Shown here piece after piece: positions 49,864 to 59,623 of a stretch of 64,000 bases of DNA; position 1 is the first letter of the stretch, and each line of letters starts with the position of its first letter. This stretch comes from Vicinamibacteria bacterium. Its GTDB lineage: Bacteria; Acidobacteriota; Vicinamibacteria; Marinacidobacterales; Marinacidobacteraceae. The notes under the pieces are model-generated. The model saw only the letters and a program-made list of their open reading frames with translations. It ran no database searches and was not told where the DNA came from. The translations under genes and the position numbers were made by a program. The stretch covers positions 256,001 through 320,000 of the forward strand of contig OY729431.1 of NCBI GenBank assembly GCA_963422395.1, given 5' to 3'.

Positions 49864-51553
49864 GCGCTCTGCCGTCATCCTGGGCGCCGGGGTATTCGTC
49901 TCCCTGTTGTCCACTGCAGGGAGTTCCCCCGCTTCGGCCGGGCAGGAATACCGAGACATCGCGAAGGCGGCCGGCCTCGCCGTCGTCACCGGAACCGGCG
50001 GGCCGATCAAGAACCACATCGCCGAATCCACCGGGACCGGGGTCGCGGTCCTCGACTACGACCAGGACGGCTTGCCCGATCTCTATTTCCCGAACGCCCC
50101 CTCGTGGGGTGACCCGCAAGGCCCCTGGCGCTCCCGGTCCGGAGCGCTCTACCGAAACGAAGGCGGCCGCAGTTTCACCGAAGTGACCGAGGCGGCCGGG
50201 GTATCGACCGCGGCGTACGGGCAGGGCGCGGCGAGCGCCGACTTCGACGCCGACGGTTTCCCGGATCTCTATGTGACGGCGCTGGGACCCAACCTGCTGT
50301 TCCGAAACAACGGAGACGGCACCTTCTCCGAAATCGCCGCCGCCGCCGGAGTCGCCGACCCCGGCTGGAGCATCGGCGCTGCCTTCTTCGACGCCGATCG
50401 GAACGGGACCGTCGACCTCTTCGTCGCCAATTACCTCGAGGCCAGCGAAGCGAACATTCGGGCTGGTGAGCGCACCCGGCGCTGGCGCGGCCGAGTCCTG
50501 GTGCTCGACGGGCCGCGGGGGTTCTCCCCGGAACCGAACCGGCTCTTCTATGGCCGAGGTGACGGGACCTTCGAGGATGTTTCGGAGAGCGCCGGGATCA
50601 CCGGACTGCCGCCGCGTTTTTCGATGGGAGTCGTCGGCCTCGATTTCGACGACGACGGCGACACGGATATCTTCGTGGCGAACGACAGCGGTCCGAACGC
50701 TCTACTCCAGAACGACGCGGGAGTCTTCTCCGACGCCGGGCTCCTCACCGGCGCCGCGTTGAGCGCCGATGGCGCGACCCAGGGAAGCATGGGCGTGGCC
50801 GCTGCCGATGCCGATGGGGATGGCTTGCACGAGCTGGTGGTGACCAACTTCGCCCACGACCATTATGCCTTCTATCGGGGCATCACCCCGGAACTCTTCT
50901 TCGACGACGCCATCGGGATCGGCCTCGCGACCCCCACTTTCGTTCCGCTCGGCTGGGGCGCGTTGTTCTTCGACGCCGAAAACGACGGACGCCTCGACAT
51001 CGCCTTCGCAAACGGCCACCTCTATCCCCAGGTCGAGGACGACCCCTCGCTCGGGGAGACCTACGCCCAGCCGGACCAGTTGTTCCTCCGTGTCGGAACC
51101 CGCTACCACCCCGTGGACCTCGGGCCGCCGGTACGCTCGTCGCGGGGCATGGCGCTCCTGGACCTCGAGGGAGATGGCGCCTGGGAAATCGTGGCTTCTA
51201 GCCAGGACGCCCCACCGGTACTCTGGCGCCGCGCCGACCCCTCTCGGAATTCCTGGATCCGGTTTCGGTTGGCGGACCCTTCGGGGGAGCGTGACGGTCT
51301 CGGTGCTCGGATCACTGTGACTCTCTCCGGCGCCCGGCGCTCCGAGTGGCTTCGCTCGGGCGGCAGCTACGCCTCCGACAGCGAGCGCGTGATCCACTTC
51401 GGGCTCGGCCCTCGCACGGAACCGGACACCGCTTCGGTTCCGGTCGAGATCCGCTGGCCGGACGGCGCCATCGAGACCCGCCCGGCGATGGCCGCCGGCG
51501 CCGTCTGGCTGCTCCGGCGCGGTGTCCCCGGTATTCGGCTCCCGCGGCCATGA
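49814..51553 (+). CDS. CRTAC1-family protein (FG-GAP/VCBS repeats plus ASPIC/UnbV domain); start uncertain
   Basis: Repeated DxDxDGxxD motifs (DYDQDGLPD, DFDADGFPD, DFDDDGDTD) and C-terminal GGSYAS...IHFGLG...VEIRWP. Confidence 0.88.
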   Translation: MSPTRCWATSSRRRGAERSAVILGAGVFVSLLSTAGSSPASAGQEYRDIAKAAGLAVVTGTGGPIKNHIAESTGTGVAVLDYDQDGLPDLYFPNAPSWGDPQGPWRSRSGALYRNEGGRSFTEVTEAAGVSTAAYGQGAASADFDADGFPDLYVTALGPNLLFRNNGDGTFSEIAAAAGVADPGWSIGAAFFDADRNGTVDLFVANYLEASEANIRAGERTRRWRGRVLVLDGPRGFSPEPNRLFYGRGDGTFEDVSESAGITGLPPRFSMGVVGLDFDDDGDTDIFVANDSGPNALLQNDAGVFSDAGLLTGAALSADGATQGSMGVAAADADGDGLHELVVTNFAHDHYAFYRGITPELFFDDAIGIGLATPTFVPLGWGALFFDAENDGRLDIAFANGHLYPQVEDDPSLGETYAQPDQLFLRVGTRYHPVDLGPPVRSSRGMALLDLEGDGAWEIVASSQDAPPVLWRRADPSRNSWIRFRLADPSGERDGLGARITVTLSGARRSEWLRSGGSYASDSERVIHFGLGPRTEPDTASVPVEIRWPDGAIETRPAMAAGAVWLLRRGVPGIRLPRP

Positions 51554-53121
51554 GCCGACGGCATCCGGTACCGGGTTTGCCGCCGACTCTGCCTTTCGCG
51601 CTCCTGCTGCTGATCGTTCCCGACGCGCTGGCGGCGCCGCTGACGCGGCAAGGGTCTGCACCGGAGAACGATTTTCGTCCCCGGATGGAGCGGGCGCTCG
51701 CTCTCCTCTCCGAAGGCCAGCTGGAACGGGCGATTCCGCTGCTCGTCTCCATCGTGGACGACGCGCCCCACCACGGTCCGGCCCGCCTGCAGCTCGGCGC
51801 GTTGGCAGTCCGGCGGGCCGAGTGGGAGATCGCGGCCGAACACCTGCGGGTGGCGGTGACGACAGGAGGGCCCGAAGCGCCGGCTGGTGCGGTTCCGGTG
51901 CAGCGTCCCGGGCTCGCTTGGTCTCTGCTCGCGAATGCACTGGGGCAGACCGGGGCCTTGGAAGAAGCGCTCGACGCAACTTCCCGCTCTCTCCGATTCT
52001 CCCCTGATTTCGTCCCCGCTCTCCTCGCCCGGTCCGGTTTCGCGCGCCGTCTCGCGAGCGAAACGGCCGAATCCGATCCCGCCCGGGCGGACCGATTGGA
52101 AACCGCTCTCGAAGCGGCTCATCGGGCCCGGGACCTCCTTCCCGATCGCCCGCGCCCCTGGACCTCGCTCGCGCTCGCGGCTCATGAGGCGCAGATCTCC
52201 GAACTCGCCGTCTGTTCCGCCCGGAAGGCGGCAGACCTCGCAACCGACGATCCCGGCGCCTCGTTCCTGCTCGCCCGGATCGCGGCGGAGTCCGATCCCG
52301 AGGCAGCTCTGGTAGCTGCTGAGGCTGCTCTCGCGGCTGGCCTCCGGGACGAGCCTGCGCTCTGGATGATCCTCGGCCGGCTCCGCATCTTCCGGTCGGA
52401 CCTGGACGGTTCGCTCGCGGCCTACGCCGAGGCCCTCCGCCTCGACCCGGGGGTCGTCGGCGAGATGGAGAGTTTCGCGCTCGACGCGATCGCCGCCGGC
52501 GAAAATCCGGAGTTGCTCGCACTCCTCAGAGAGCGGGCGTCGAGCCATCCGGAAGCGCTGAACGCCCGTTTCGCCCTCGCCAGGGCCGACCTTCGCGCCG
52601 GCCGTACGGGCTCCGCTCTTGCCGAGCTTCGCCGGTTGTCCGCCGAGCGGGCGGACCACGCCGCCATCCTGACCGCACTCCATGCGGCGTTGCGCCAGAC
52701 CGGTGATCGGACTGTTGCGGAGGTTGCGCTGGCCCGCCTCGCTTCGGTCAAGGAGGCGCAGGAGGCCTCCTGGGAGCGCGCGAACGCGGCGGAGCGGGCG
52801 CGCCGCGAAGCGGCGGCCGTTGCAGCCCGCGGCGACTTCGCCGGAGCCGCGCGCCGCTGGGAAGCACTCGCTGCCGCTTCGGGAACGGCTTCCGACCTGA
52901 CGGAGCTGGGCCACGCGCTCAGGGCCCTCGGCCGCCACCAGGACGCCCTCGCGGCGTTCCGCCGCTCGCTGGCGGCGCGACCCTTCGATCCGGCCGCCCT
53001 TTCGGCGGCGGCGGACTCCGCCCGTCGTGCCAGCGAACCGGAGGAGGCCGGACACTACGCTGCGCGCGCCCGTCTCGCCGCCGACTGCGGCCGATTCACG
53101 GGCTCGGGCATGGTGCGCTGA
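51550..53121 (+). CDS. Secreted tetratricopeptide repeat protein
   Basis: ATGA overlap with the CRTAC1 gene, signal peptide and multiple TPR-like helical repeats. Confidence 0.8.
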   Translation: MSRRHPVPGLPPTLPFALLLLIVPDALAAPLTRQGSAPENDFRPRMERALALLSEGQLERAIPLLVSIVDDAPHHGPARLQLGALAVRRAEWEIAAEHLRVAVTTGGPEAPAGAVPVQRPGLAWSLLANALGQTGALEEALDATSRSLRFSPDFVPALLARSGFARRLASETAESDPARADRLETALEAAHRARDLLPDRPRPWTSLALAAHEAQISELAVCSARKAADLATDDPGASFLLARIAAESDPEAALVAAEAALAAGLRDEPALWMILGRLRIFRSDLDGSLAAYAEALRLDPGVVGEMESFALDAIAAGENPELLALLRERASSHPEALNARFALARADLRAGRTGSALAELRRLSAERADHAAILTALHAALRQTGDRTVAEVALARLASVKEAQEASWERANAAERARREAAAVAARGDFAGAARRWEALAAASGTASDLTELGHALRALGRHQDALAAFRRSLAARPFDPAALSAAADSARRASEPEEAGHYAARARLAADCGRFTGSGMVR

Positions 53122-53274
53122 TTGCTAGCCGAGTGGGCTTTCGCCTGCCCGATTCGGCGCACCGGCTCCAAGGCCCTTAGAATTGCAAAGTTCTATCCAC
53201 TCCATCCGACTTCAACATCCAGCGATCCACATTCCGGGCATCCGAAATCCCGGATCTTCGCAAGGAGACGCTCC

Positions 53275-56124
53275 ATGATCCATCGTTCCAGTTTTCTCCG
53301 ACGGGCGTTTCCACTGCTCGGGGTTCTGATCCTCGGGCTGGTGCTCCCGGCAACCGCCGCCGCTCAGGACAACGGCCTCATCCGCGGCACCGTGACCGAC
53401 GACACCGGCGCAGTGGTCCCCGGAGCCACCGCGACCCTGTTGAGCGAGGCGGTCATCGGCGGCTCCCGCTCTTCGGTCACGAACGACTCCGGGGTGTTCC
53501 GTTTCCCAGCTCTCCCTCCAGGCGAATACGCCGTCGAAGTCTCCCTCGCCGGCTTCGACACCGTGCGGTTCGAAGGGGTGCGGGTCGGCCTGAACACCAC
53601 CGCGACGCTCAACGCCGCCTTGCGGCTATCGACGGTTACCGAGATCGTGCAGGTAGTGGCCGAGGCCCCGCTCCTCGATGTGAGCTCGAACGCCTCGATC
53701 ACCACCTTCAGCTCCGAGCTGGTCGAGGAGCTCCCCACCGAGCGCAACTTCTACGACTACATCCACATCGCTCCGGGGATGAGCCAGATGAACAGCGGCG
53801 GCGGCGGCGACCGCACCATCGCCTTCGGCTCGAACCAGCAGTCGAATTCCTGGAACATCGACGGCATCGAATCCAGTGCCCCGGAGACCGGCTCTTCCTG
53901 GTGGGACCCGAATGTGGATGCCATCGAGGAGGTCGAGATCATCGGGATCGGTGCGCCCGCCGAGTTCGGGAACTCCACCGGGGGCACTTTCAACATCGTC
54001 ACCAAGAAGGGTGGGGACACCTTCAGCGGCGCCGGGAGTTACTTCTATCAGCACGACGCCATCACCTGGCCCGAGATCTTCGCCGACTCCGGCACCGGGG
54101 AGCCGGTGGCGGCGGGATCGCCGGGCGCCTTCGCCTTCGAGCGCGACAACTACCAGGACATCACCGCGACTCTGGGCGGCCCGGTGGTGCGGGAGCGAGT
54201 CTGGTTCATGGCGAGCGGGCAGTACTCGCGCGACAGCTCTTGGGAAGCCGGCAACGACCCGGCGGCGGCCACCGCCGATCGGAGCGAAAACGACAAGATC
54301 GGGATCAAGCTGACCGCGAAGCTCACGGACCGGCATGAGGTCTTCGTGAACACCCAGTTCGAAGACTGGGCCGGAATCGGCGGCAGTTCCCCGAATGTAG
54401 CGGCATCGGCGGCTTCCGTGGAGCGGGGTCAGAACCTCGCCGGGGTCGTCGGGCTCACGAGCACTCTTTCCGACAACACTCTCTTCGAGGCGCGCTACGC
54501 CGGCTGGAGGGCGAGCGATATCCACGACTCTCCGACCGGGAGCTTCGACTTGCCGTTCCGCAACGAAGATGCGAAACCGACGACCACCTACGAGGGCGGC
54601 ATCATCTATCCGTGGGACTACCGGACCTGGAGCAACCAATTCAACGCCAAGGTGACCCACTACGCCGACGATTTCCTGGGCGCTCAGCACGAGTTCCGCT
54701 TCGGCGTCCAGATCGCCCAGGGAGTCGCCGAGACTGCCGTCGCGGCGGGGCCCAACAGCACCTACCAGTACCAATCGGGCGGCGTGCTCTATCAGGTGGT
54801 CCAGGAGCCCTACCGTTACGGCGGCATCTCCCGCGACAACGGCATCTTCCTGGACGACACGGTCACGGTGAACGACCGCCTCACGCTGAACCTCGGCGTT
54901 CGAGTGGATCTGAACCGGGGAGAGATTCCGGCGTATGAACTGCTCGGGGTCCCCGAAGCGGGCCAGGAGAGCGATTTCACCGCGATCAACGCCGTCCCGA
55001 TCGAGGGGAATGCTCCCAGTGATCCGGACATCGTGGAATGGAACCTGGTGAGTCCTCGCATCGGCTTCACTTTCCGGCCGGACGACGAGGGACGCTCGGC
55101 CATCAAGGGCTTCTTCGGGATCCACTACGACCAGAATGTGATCGGGAACTGGGACGCTCCGGCGCCTGGGGTGACCCCCTGGGAGCTCTACGAGGTGAAC
55201 GACGACGGTTCGATCGGGGAGCTCCTGTTCGCGACCACGGTCGAGGAACTGGCGCAGCCCGAAAACCTGCTGGCGCCCCGTTCGTATCACTACACTGCGG
55301 CTTACGAGCGCGAAATCGGCGCCACCATGTCCGTGGGCATCCAGTATGTCCACAAGTACACCGACCGGATGATCGGCTGGTCCATCCTCGGCGGGCAGTA
55401 CGAGACGACCCCATGGGCCGATCCGTACAACGGGAATTCGGTTGCGCTGTTGAACCAGATCGTCCAGCCCACCCTGGTCAAGGGGAACACTCCCGGCGAC
55501 TTCCCCGGTGCACCGGAGAAGTTCGAGCAGACCTACGATGGAGTGATCTTCACTTTCGCCGCCCGCGACGCCGGGCTCTGGAACATCCAGGGGTCCTACA
55601 CCTATTCGAGGTCGGAAGGGCTGATTCCGCGTCCTTGGTACCAGTCGCAGAACAACCCGTTCTACGGAAGCAGCCAGGGGCGAGATCCGAATTCCTACCT
55701 GAACGCCTACCAGCGGCTCCAGGGAGATCGGCCGCACATGTTCCGCATGCAGGGAGTGCTGTTCCTGCCCTGGGACTTCCTGGTCGCGGTGAACGCGAAC
55801 CTGGAGAGCGGCAAGCCTTTCTCCCGACAGGTGCGGGCCGCCGGCGTAACCGAACAGCCGGCCCAGAACTTCATCGTCGAGCCGGCGGGCTCACGCGACG
55901 GCCTGCGGCAGCCATTCTTGAACATCATCGACCTGCGCGTCGGCAAGCGGGTGCATATCGGCGATGTGATGCTGAAACTCGACGCCTACCTCTACAACGC
56001 GCTGAACAGCACTGCGAGCATCTGGATGTCCAGTCTCCGACTCGAAGACCCGGGCGAACAGTTCATTCCCTCGAGTTGGGTGGAGCCCCGCCGGCTGATG
56101 CTCCTCGCCGGCTTCGTTTTCTGA
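53275..56124 (+). CDS. TonB-dependent receptor with N-terminal carboxypeptidase-regulatory-like domain
   Basis: AAGGAG RBS, signal peptide, IRGTVTDDTGAVVPGAT, NIVTKKGG, LGGPVVRERVWF, RLTLNLGVR and a terminal F. Confidence 0.92.
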   Translation: MIHRSSFLRRAFPLLGVLILGLVLPATAAAQDNGLIRGTVTDDTGAVVPGATATLLSEAVIGGSRSSVTNDSGVFRFPALPPGEYAVEVSLAGFDTVRFEGVRVGLNTTATLNAALRLSTVTEIVQVVAEAPLLDVSSNASITTFSSELVEELPTERNFYDYIHIAPGMSQMNSGGGGDRTIAFGSNQQSNSWNIDGIESSAPETGSSWWDPNVDAIEEVEIIGIGAPAEFGNSTGGTFNIVTKKGGDTFSGAGSYFYQHDAITWPEIFADSGTGEPVAAGSPGAFAFERDNYQDITATLGGPVVRERVWFMASGQYSRDSSWEAGNDPAAATADRSENDKIGIKLTAKLTDRHEVFVNTQFEDWAGIGGSSPNVAASAASVERGQNLAGVVGLTSTLSDNTLFEARYAGWRASDIHDSPTGSFDLPFRNEDAKPTTTYEGGIIYPWDYRTWSNQFNAKVTHYADDFLGAQHEFRFGVQIAQGVAETAVAAGPNSTYQYQSGGVLYQVVQEPYRYGGISRDNGIFLDDTVTVNDRLTLNLGVRVDLNRGEIPAYELLGVPEAGQESDFTAINAVPIEGNAPSDPDIVEWNLVSPRIGFTFRPDDEGRSAIKGFFGIHYDQNVIGNWDAPAPGVTPWELYEVNDDGSIGELLFATTVEELAQPENLLAPRSYHYTAAYEREIGATMSVGIQYVHKYTDRMIGWSILGGQYETTPWADPYNGNSVALLNQIVQPTLVKGNTPGDFPGAPEKFEQTYDGVIFTFAARDAGLWNIQGSYTYSRSEGLIPRPWYQSQNNPFYGSSQGRDPNSYLNAYQRLQGDRPHMFRMQGVLFLPWDFLVAVNANLESGKPFSRQVRAAGVTEQPAQNFIVEPAGSRDGLRQPFLNIIDLRVGKRVHIGDVMLKLDAYLYNALNSTASIWMSSLRLEDPGEQFIPSSWVEPRRLMLLAGFVF

Positions 56125-56271
56125 TCGGCTGCCCTCCCGACTCGCCCTTGCGGCGGTGCGGTTCTTCGGGCCGCGCCGCTTGGGGGGTCCACGCTCGTCG
56201 CCGTCCCGAAATCGGGCTCCGCTCTGTCCGGCTGCCCCGCCGGATCTTCACCCCAGGGGGGAACAGCTGAA

Positions 56272-57786
56272 ATGTCGAAGACCGCTCTGCTATCCGCCTT
56301 CTTGCTGCTCTTCGCCTGGGCAGCCCCGGCCCAGGAGGCAGACTCCGCGAAGACCCGCTGGGAGACCAGCCACTCCATCGTCGTCGGGGAGGAAACCGTC
56401 GAGTACGACGCGGTGGTGGCGAGCGTGACCCTCACCGACGAAGAGGGCGGCGACGCTGCCGAACTCTTCTATACCGCCTACTTCCGCACGAACGGCGTGC
56501 CGTCCCGCGAGCGCCCGCTCGTGTTCGCTTACAACGGCGGGCCGGGATCGGCTTCCTTCTGGCTCCACATGGGCATCATGGGGCCGCGGCGCGTGGTCAC
56601 TCCCGAGGTCGGCCCCCAGGGCGCGCCGCCCTACCCGCTCGCGGATAACGACTACACGATTCTCGATGTCGCCGACATCGTGATGGTGGATCCCATCGGC
56701 ACCGGTTTCAGCCATACCCGTGAAGGCGCCGAAGGGTCCTATTACTGGGGCATCGACGAAGATGCGCGCTCCCTCGCGCAGTTCGTGCGACGCTTCCTCA
56801 GCGAGTACGACCGCTGGAATTCTCCCCGTTACCTCCTCGGCGAGAGCTATGGGACCACCCGTTCGGCAGTGCTCGCCGGCCACCTGCAGCGGGCGAACAT
56901 CGACTTGAACGGCATCGTGCTGGTCTCGGTCGTCCTGCAGTTCAACACGATCCAGTTCGCGCCGGGGGACGATCTGCCTTACATCGTGAATTTCCCCTCG
57001 TATGCGATCACGGCGCGGTATCTGGACCGCCTTCCCGGCGGCTCCCCGGACGATCTCGAGGCGTTCATGGCTGAAGTGGAAGCTTGGTCGCTCGACGAAT
57101 ACGCCACCGCATTGCTCGCCGGCGGGACGCTCGCTGCGGAACCCCGCGCGGAGATCATCGAGCAGATGCACCGCTACACCGGCCTGAGCCATGAATTCCT
57201 CGACCGATCGGACCTGCGGGTGACCGCTCCGGCCTTCGAGGCCGAGCTGCTGCGCGACGAGGGGCGCATCGTGGGGCGGCTCGACGCCCGCTTCACCGGG
57301 CCAGCGGGCGATGTGCTCGGGGGCCGTCCTTCGCACGATCCCCAATCCACCGCGATCAGTTCGGCGTACACCTCCGCCTTCAACGGTTATCTCCGCAGCG
57401 AGCTGGGTTACGACGGCGACCGGGAATATGTGCCGAGCGGCGGCACCCGAAACTGGAACTGGGGGCGGCTCGGAAGCGGGGGCCGTTTCGTCCGCGGAGG
57501 CGGAACCCCGAATGTGGCGCCCGACCTCGCCCGTGCGATGAAGCGCAACCCGAAGCTGAAGGTCCTGCTGGTCAACGGTATCTACGACCTGGCGACGCCG
57601 TACTTCGCCGCGGTCTGGACCGTGGACCACCTGGGGTTGCCGCCGGAGTTGCGGGCCAACATCGAGCGGGCGGACTTCGCCGCCGGCCACATGATGTATG
57701 TTGAGGAGTCGCTGCTGCCTCAGTGGAAAGAGGCAGTGGGCGGGTTCGTCGAACGGAATTCGGGGCGAGGGGCGGGCTCTCCGTAG
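56272..57786 (+). CDS. S10 family serine carboxypeptidase
   Basis: Signal peptide, NGGPGSAS, DPIGTGFS, GESYG, GIYDLATP and AGHMMY motifs. Confidence 0.93.
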   Translation: MSKTALLSAFLLLFAWAAPAQEADSAKTRWETSHSIVVGEETVEYDAVVASVTLTDEEGGDAAELFYTAYFRTNGVPSRERPLVFAYNGGPGSASFWLHMGIMGPRRVVTPEVGPQGAPPYPLADNDYTILDVADIVMVDPIGTGFSHTREGAEGSYYWGIDEDARSLAQFVRRFLSEYDRWNSPRYLLGESYGTTRSAVLAGHLQRANIDLNGIVLVSVVLQFNTIQFAPGDDLPYIVNFPSYAITARYLDRLPGGSPDDLEAFMAEVEAWSLDEYATALLAGGTLAAEPRAEIIEQMHRYTGLSHEFLDRSDLRVTAPAFEAELLRDEGRIVGRLDARFTGPAGDVLGGRPSHDPQSTAISSAYTSAFNGYLRSELGYDGDREYVPSGGTRNWNWGRLGSGGRFVRGGGTPNVAPDLARAMKRNPKLKVLLVNGIYDLATPYFAAVWTVDHLGLPPELRANIERADFAAGHMMYVEESLLPQWKEAVGGFVERNSGRGAGSP

Positions 57787-57818
57787 GCAGCCGCGCGGCG
57801 CGCCCGCGCTTTCTCTCT

Positions 57819-59288
57819 CTACTCCCGCCAGGGGTAGGGCGGCCGGCGGAGGTGCCAGTCGGTCTCCCGTTGGAACGCCATCCCGAAGTCCAGTGCCGAC
57901 TGGTCGTCCATCGCAGAAGCCACGATCTGCAGGGATAGCGGTAGTCCGTCCTCGTCGAATCCGCAGGGGACCGCCAAGCCGGGCAGTCCGACCAGGTTCG
58001 CGATGTAGTTGAGGCGCGGGGTGCGCTCGCTCACTTCATCCGGCGGCTCCCACTCGTTCCTCGCCGAGACGGGCCAACCGTCCTCCACCGTGCGGAGCGC
58101 TGCCCCGTTCGGCCAGGTGGGAGCGATCACCGCGTCGTACCGGGAGAGGATCGCGTCGGCTTCGCGCACCAGCTGGTTGCGGATCCGCTGTGCGGTCAGG
58201 TAGTCGGCGGCGGGCAGCATCCGTCCCGCCATCCAGCCGGCGCGCCGGTCTTCGTTGAACGAGAACATCCGGGCGGCGCTGCCGTCGTCGAAGAGCGCCT
58301 TGAAGTTCGTGCCGCTCTCCACGGCGACGATGGTGGTGAAGAGGGCACCGGTCGGGAAGAGCGGCAACTCGATGTCCTCCAACGCGACCCCCATGCCGGC
58401 GAACGCGGCGAGCGCTTCCTCGAAGACTCGCCGGTTCGTTTCGGACCGGGAAAGCTCGAACTCGGCGCGGTGGACGCCCAGCCGCCGCCCGCGCATCGCA
58501 CCGGGGTCGGGCCGGAAGACGAAAGAGTGATCCCCAGTCGAGGTATCCCGCGGATCGGGGCCGGCGATCTGTTGGAGCACCTGGCCGCAGTCTGCCGCAG
58601 AACGCCCCGCCGGCCCGATCTTGTCGAGGCTCCACGAGAGGGCCATGCAGCCGGTGCGGCTCACCCGGCCGAAGGTCGGCCGGAGTCCGGTAGCGCCGAC
58701 GGCGGAGGCGGGGAAAACGATCGAACCTCCGGTCTCGGTGCCGATCCCGAAGCCGATCAGCCCGGCTACCGCCGCGGCCACCGTACCGCTCGAGGAGCCG
58801 AAACTGGTGCGGTCCAGCTTCCAGGGGTTGAGTGCCGAACTGGTGTTGCCGCCAGCGAACTCCCCGAGCGACATCTTGGCCATCAGGACCGCCCCCGCCC
58901 CCTCCAGCCGCTCGATCACGGCGGCGTTCCGATCCGGAATCCGGTCCGCGAAGATGCGGGATCCCCAGGTGGTGCGAATGCCCCGGGTGTCGAGCAGATC
59001 CTTCACTCCGTACGGGATCCCGTGCAGGATGCTGCGCGAGTTTCCCCGCGCGAGTTCGCTGTCGGCGCGTTCGGCGGTTCGGAGGGCGTGGCCGCGGGCG
59101 ATCGTGACCATCGTCGCCAGTTTGCCCTGGTGGTCCTCCCGCGGTTCGCTCGGCAGCGGGAAGGGCGGGGTGTCCAGCGCCTCGGCCCGGTCGAGATATG
59201 CCTCGGTCAGCTCGACCGAGGAGATCGAGCCGTTCCGGAGAAGGTCGGCCAGTTCCCGGACGGAGAGAAAAAGCGTTGCTTCGTCCAT
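57819..59288 (-). CDS. Amidase signature family enzyme (no signal peptide)
   Basis: HGIPYGVKDL, GSSSG, and GTETGGSI...GLRPTFGRVSR (Lys-Ser-Ser triad). Confidence 0.93.
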   Translation of the reverse strand: MDEATLFLSVRELADLLRNGSISSVELTEAYLDRAEALDTPPFPLPSEPREDHQGKLATMVTIARGHALRTAERADSELARGNSRSILHGIPYGVKDLLDTRGIRTTWGSRIFADRIPDRNAAVIERLEGAGAVLMAKMSLGEFAGGNTSSALNPWKLDRTSFGSSSGTVAAAVAGLIGFGIGTETGGSIVFPASAVGATGLRPTFGRVSRTGCMALSWSLDKIGPAGRSAADCGQVLQQIAGPDPRDTSTGDHSFVFRPDPGAMRGRRLGVHRAEFELSRSETNRRVFEEALAAFAGMGVALEDIELPLFPTGALFTTIVAVESGTNFKALFDDGSAARMFSFNEDRRAGWMAGRMLPAADYLTAQRIRNQLVREADAILSRYDAVIAPTWPNGAALRTVEDGWPVSARNEWEPPDEVSERTPRLNYIANLVGLPGLAVPCGFDEDGLPLSLQIVASAMDDQSALDFGMAFQRETDWHLRRPPYPWRE

Positions 59289-59290
59289 GT

Positions 59291-59566
59291 TCACCCCCGC
59301 CGAAAGATCGTCAGCGGCGGTTCGTCCGGATCGAGCGGGAACTCCCGGAGGGTTCGCTGGACTTCCACCATGCGGCCGAGGGCCCGGCGCAGCCGTTCGA
59401 GCTCTCCGGGGTTCGCGTAGAGGCCGCGCGGCCCCTGATGGTCGAGCAGGATCTCCGCGGTCGCCGCCGCGATCTCTCCGGTCTCCTGCACTTCCCGACA
59501 CGCCTGTTGCCAGACTGCCGCGAGCGCACTTCCGGCGACGGTGGCGGCGAAGCGGCGGCGGTCCAT
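59291..59566 (-). CDS. 91-aa protein with a twin-arginine-like N-terminus, possible GatC-like amidase partner
   Basis: MDRRRFAATVAGSALAAVW...LREFPLDPDEPPLTIF. Its stop lies 2 nt before the amidase ATG. Confidence 0.7.
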   Translation of the reverse strand: MDRRRFAATVAGSALAAVWQQACREVQETGEIAAATAEILLDHQGPRGLYANPGELERLRRALGRMVEVQRTLREFPLDPDEPPLTIFRRG

Positions 59567-59623
59567 CGAGGTCGGGGAGAGGATCGCGTATCGTCGCACA
59601 TGGTTCCCGGAGAACCTTTCCCG

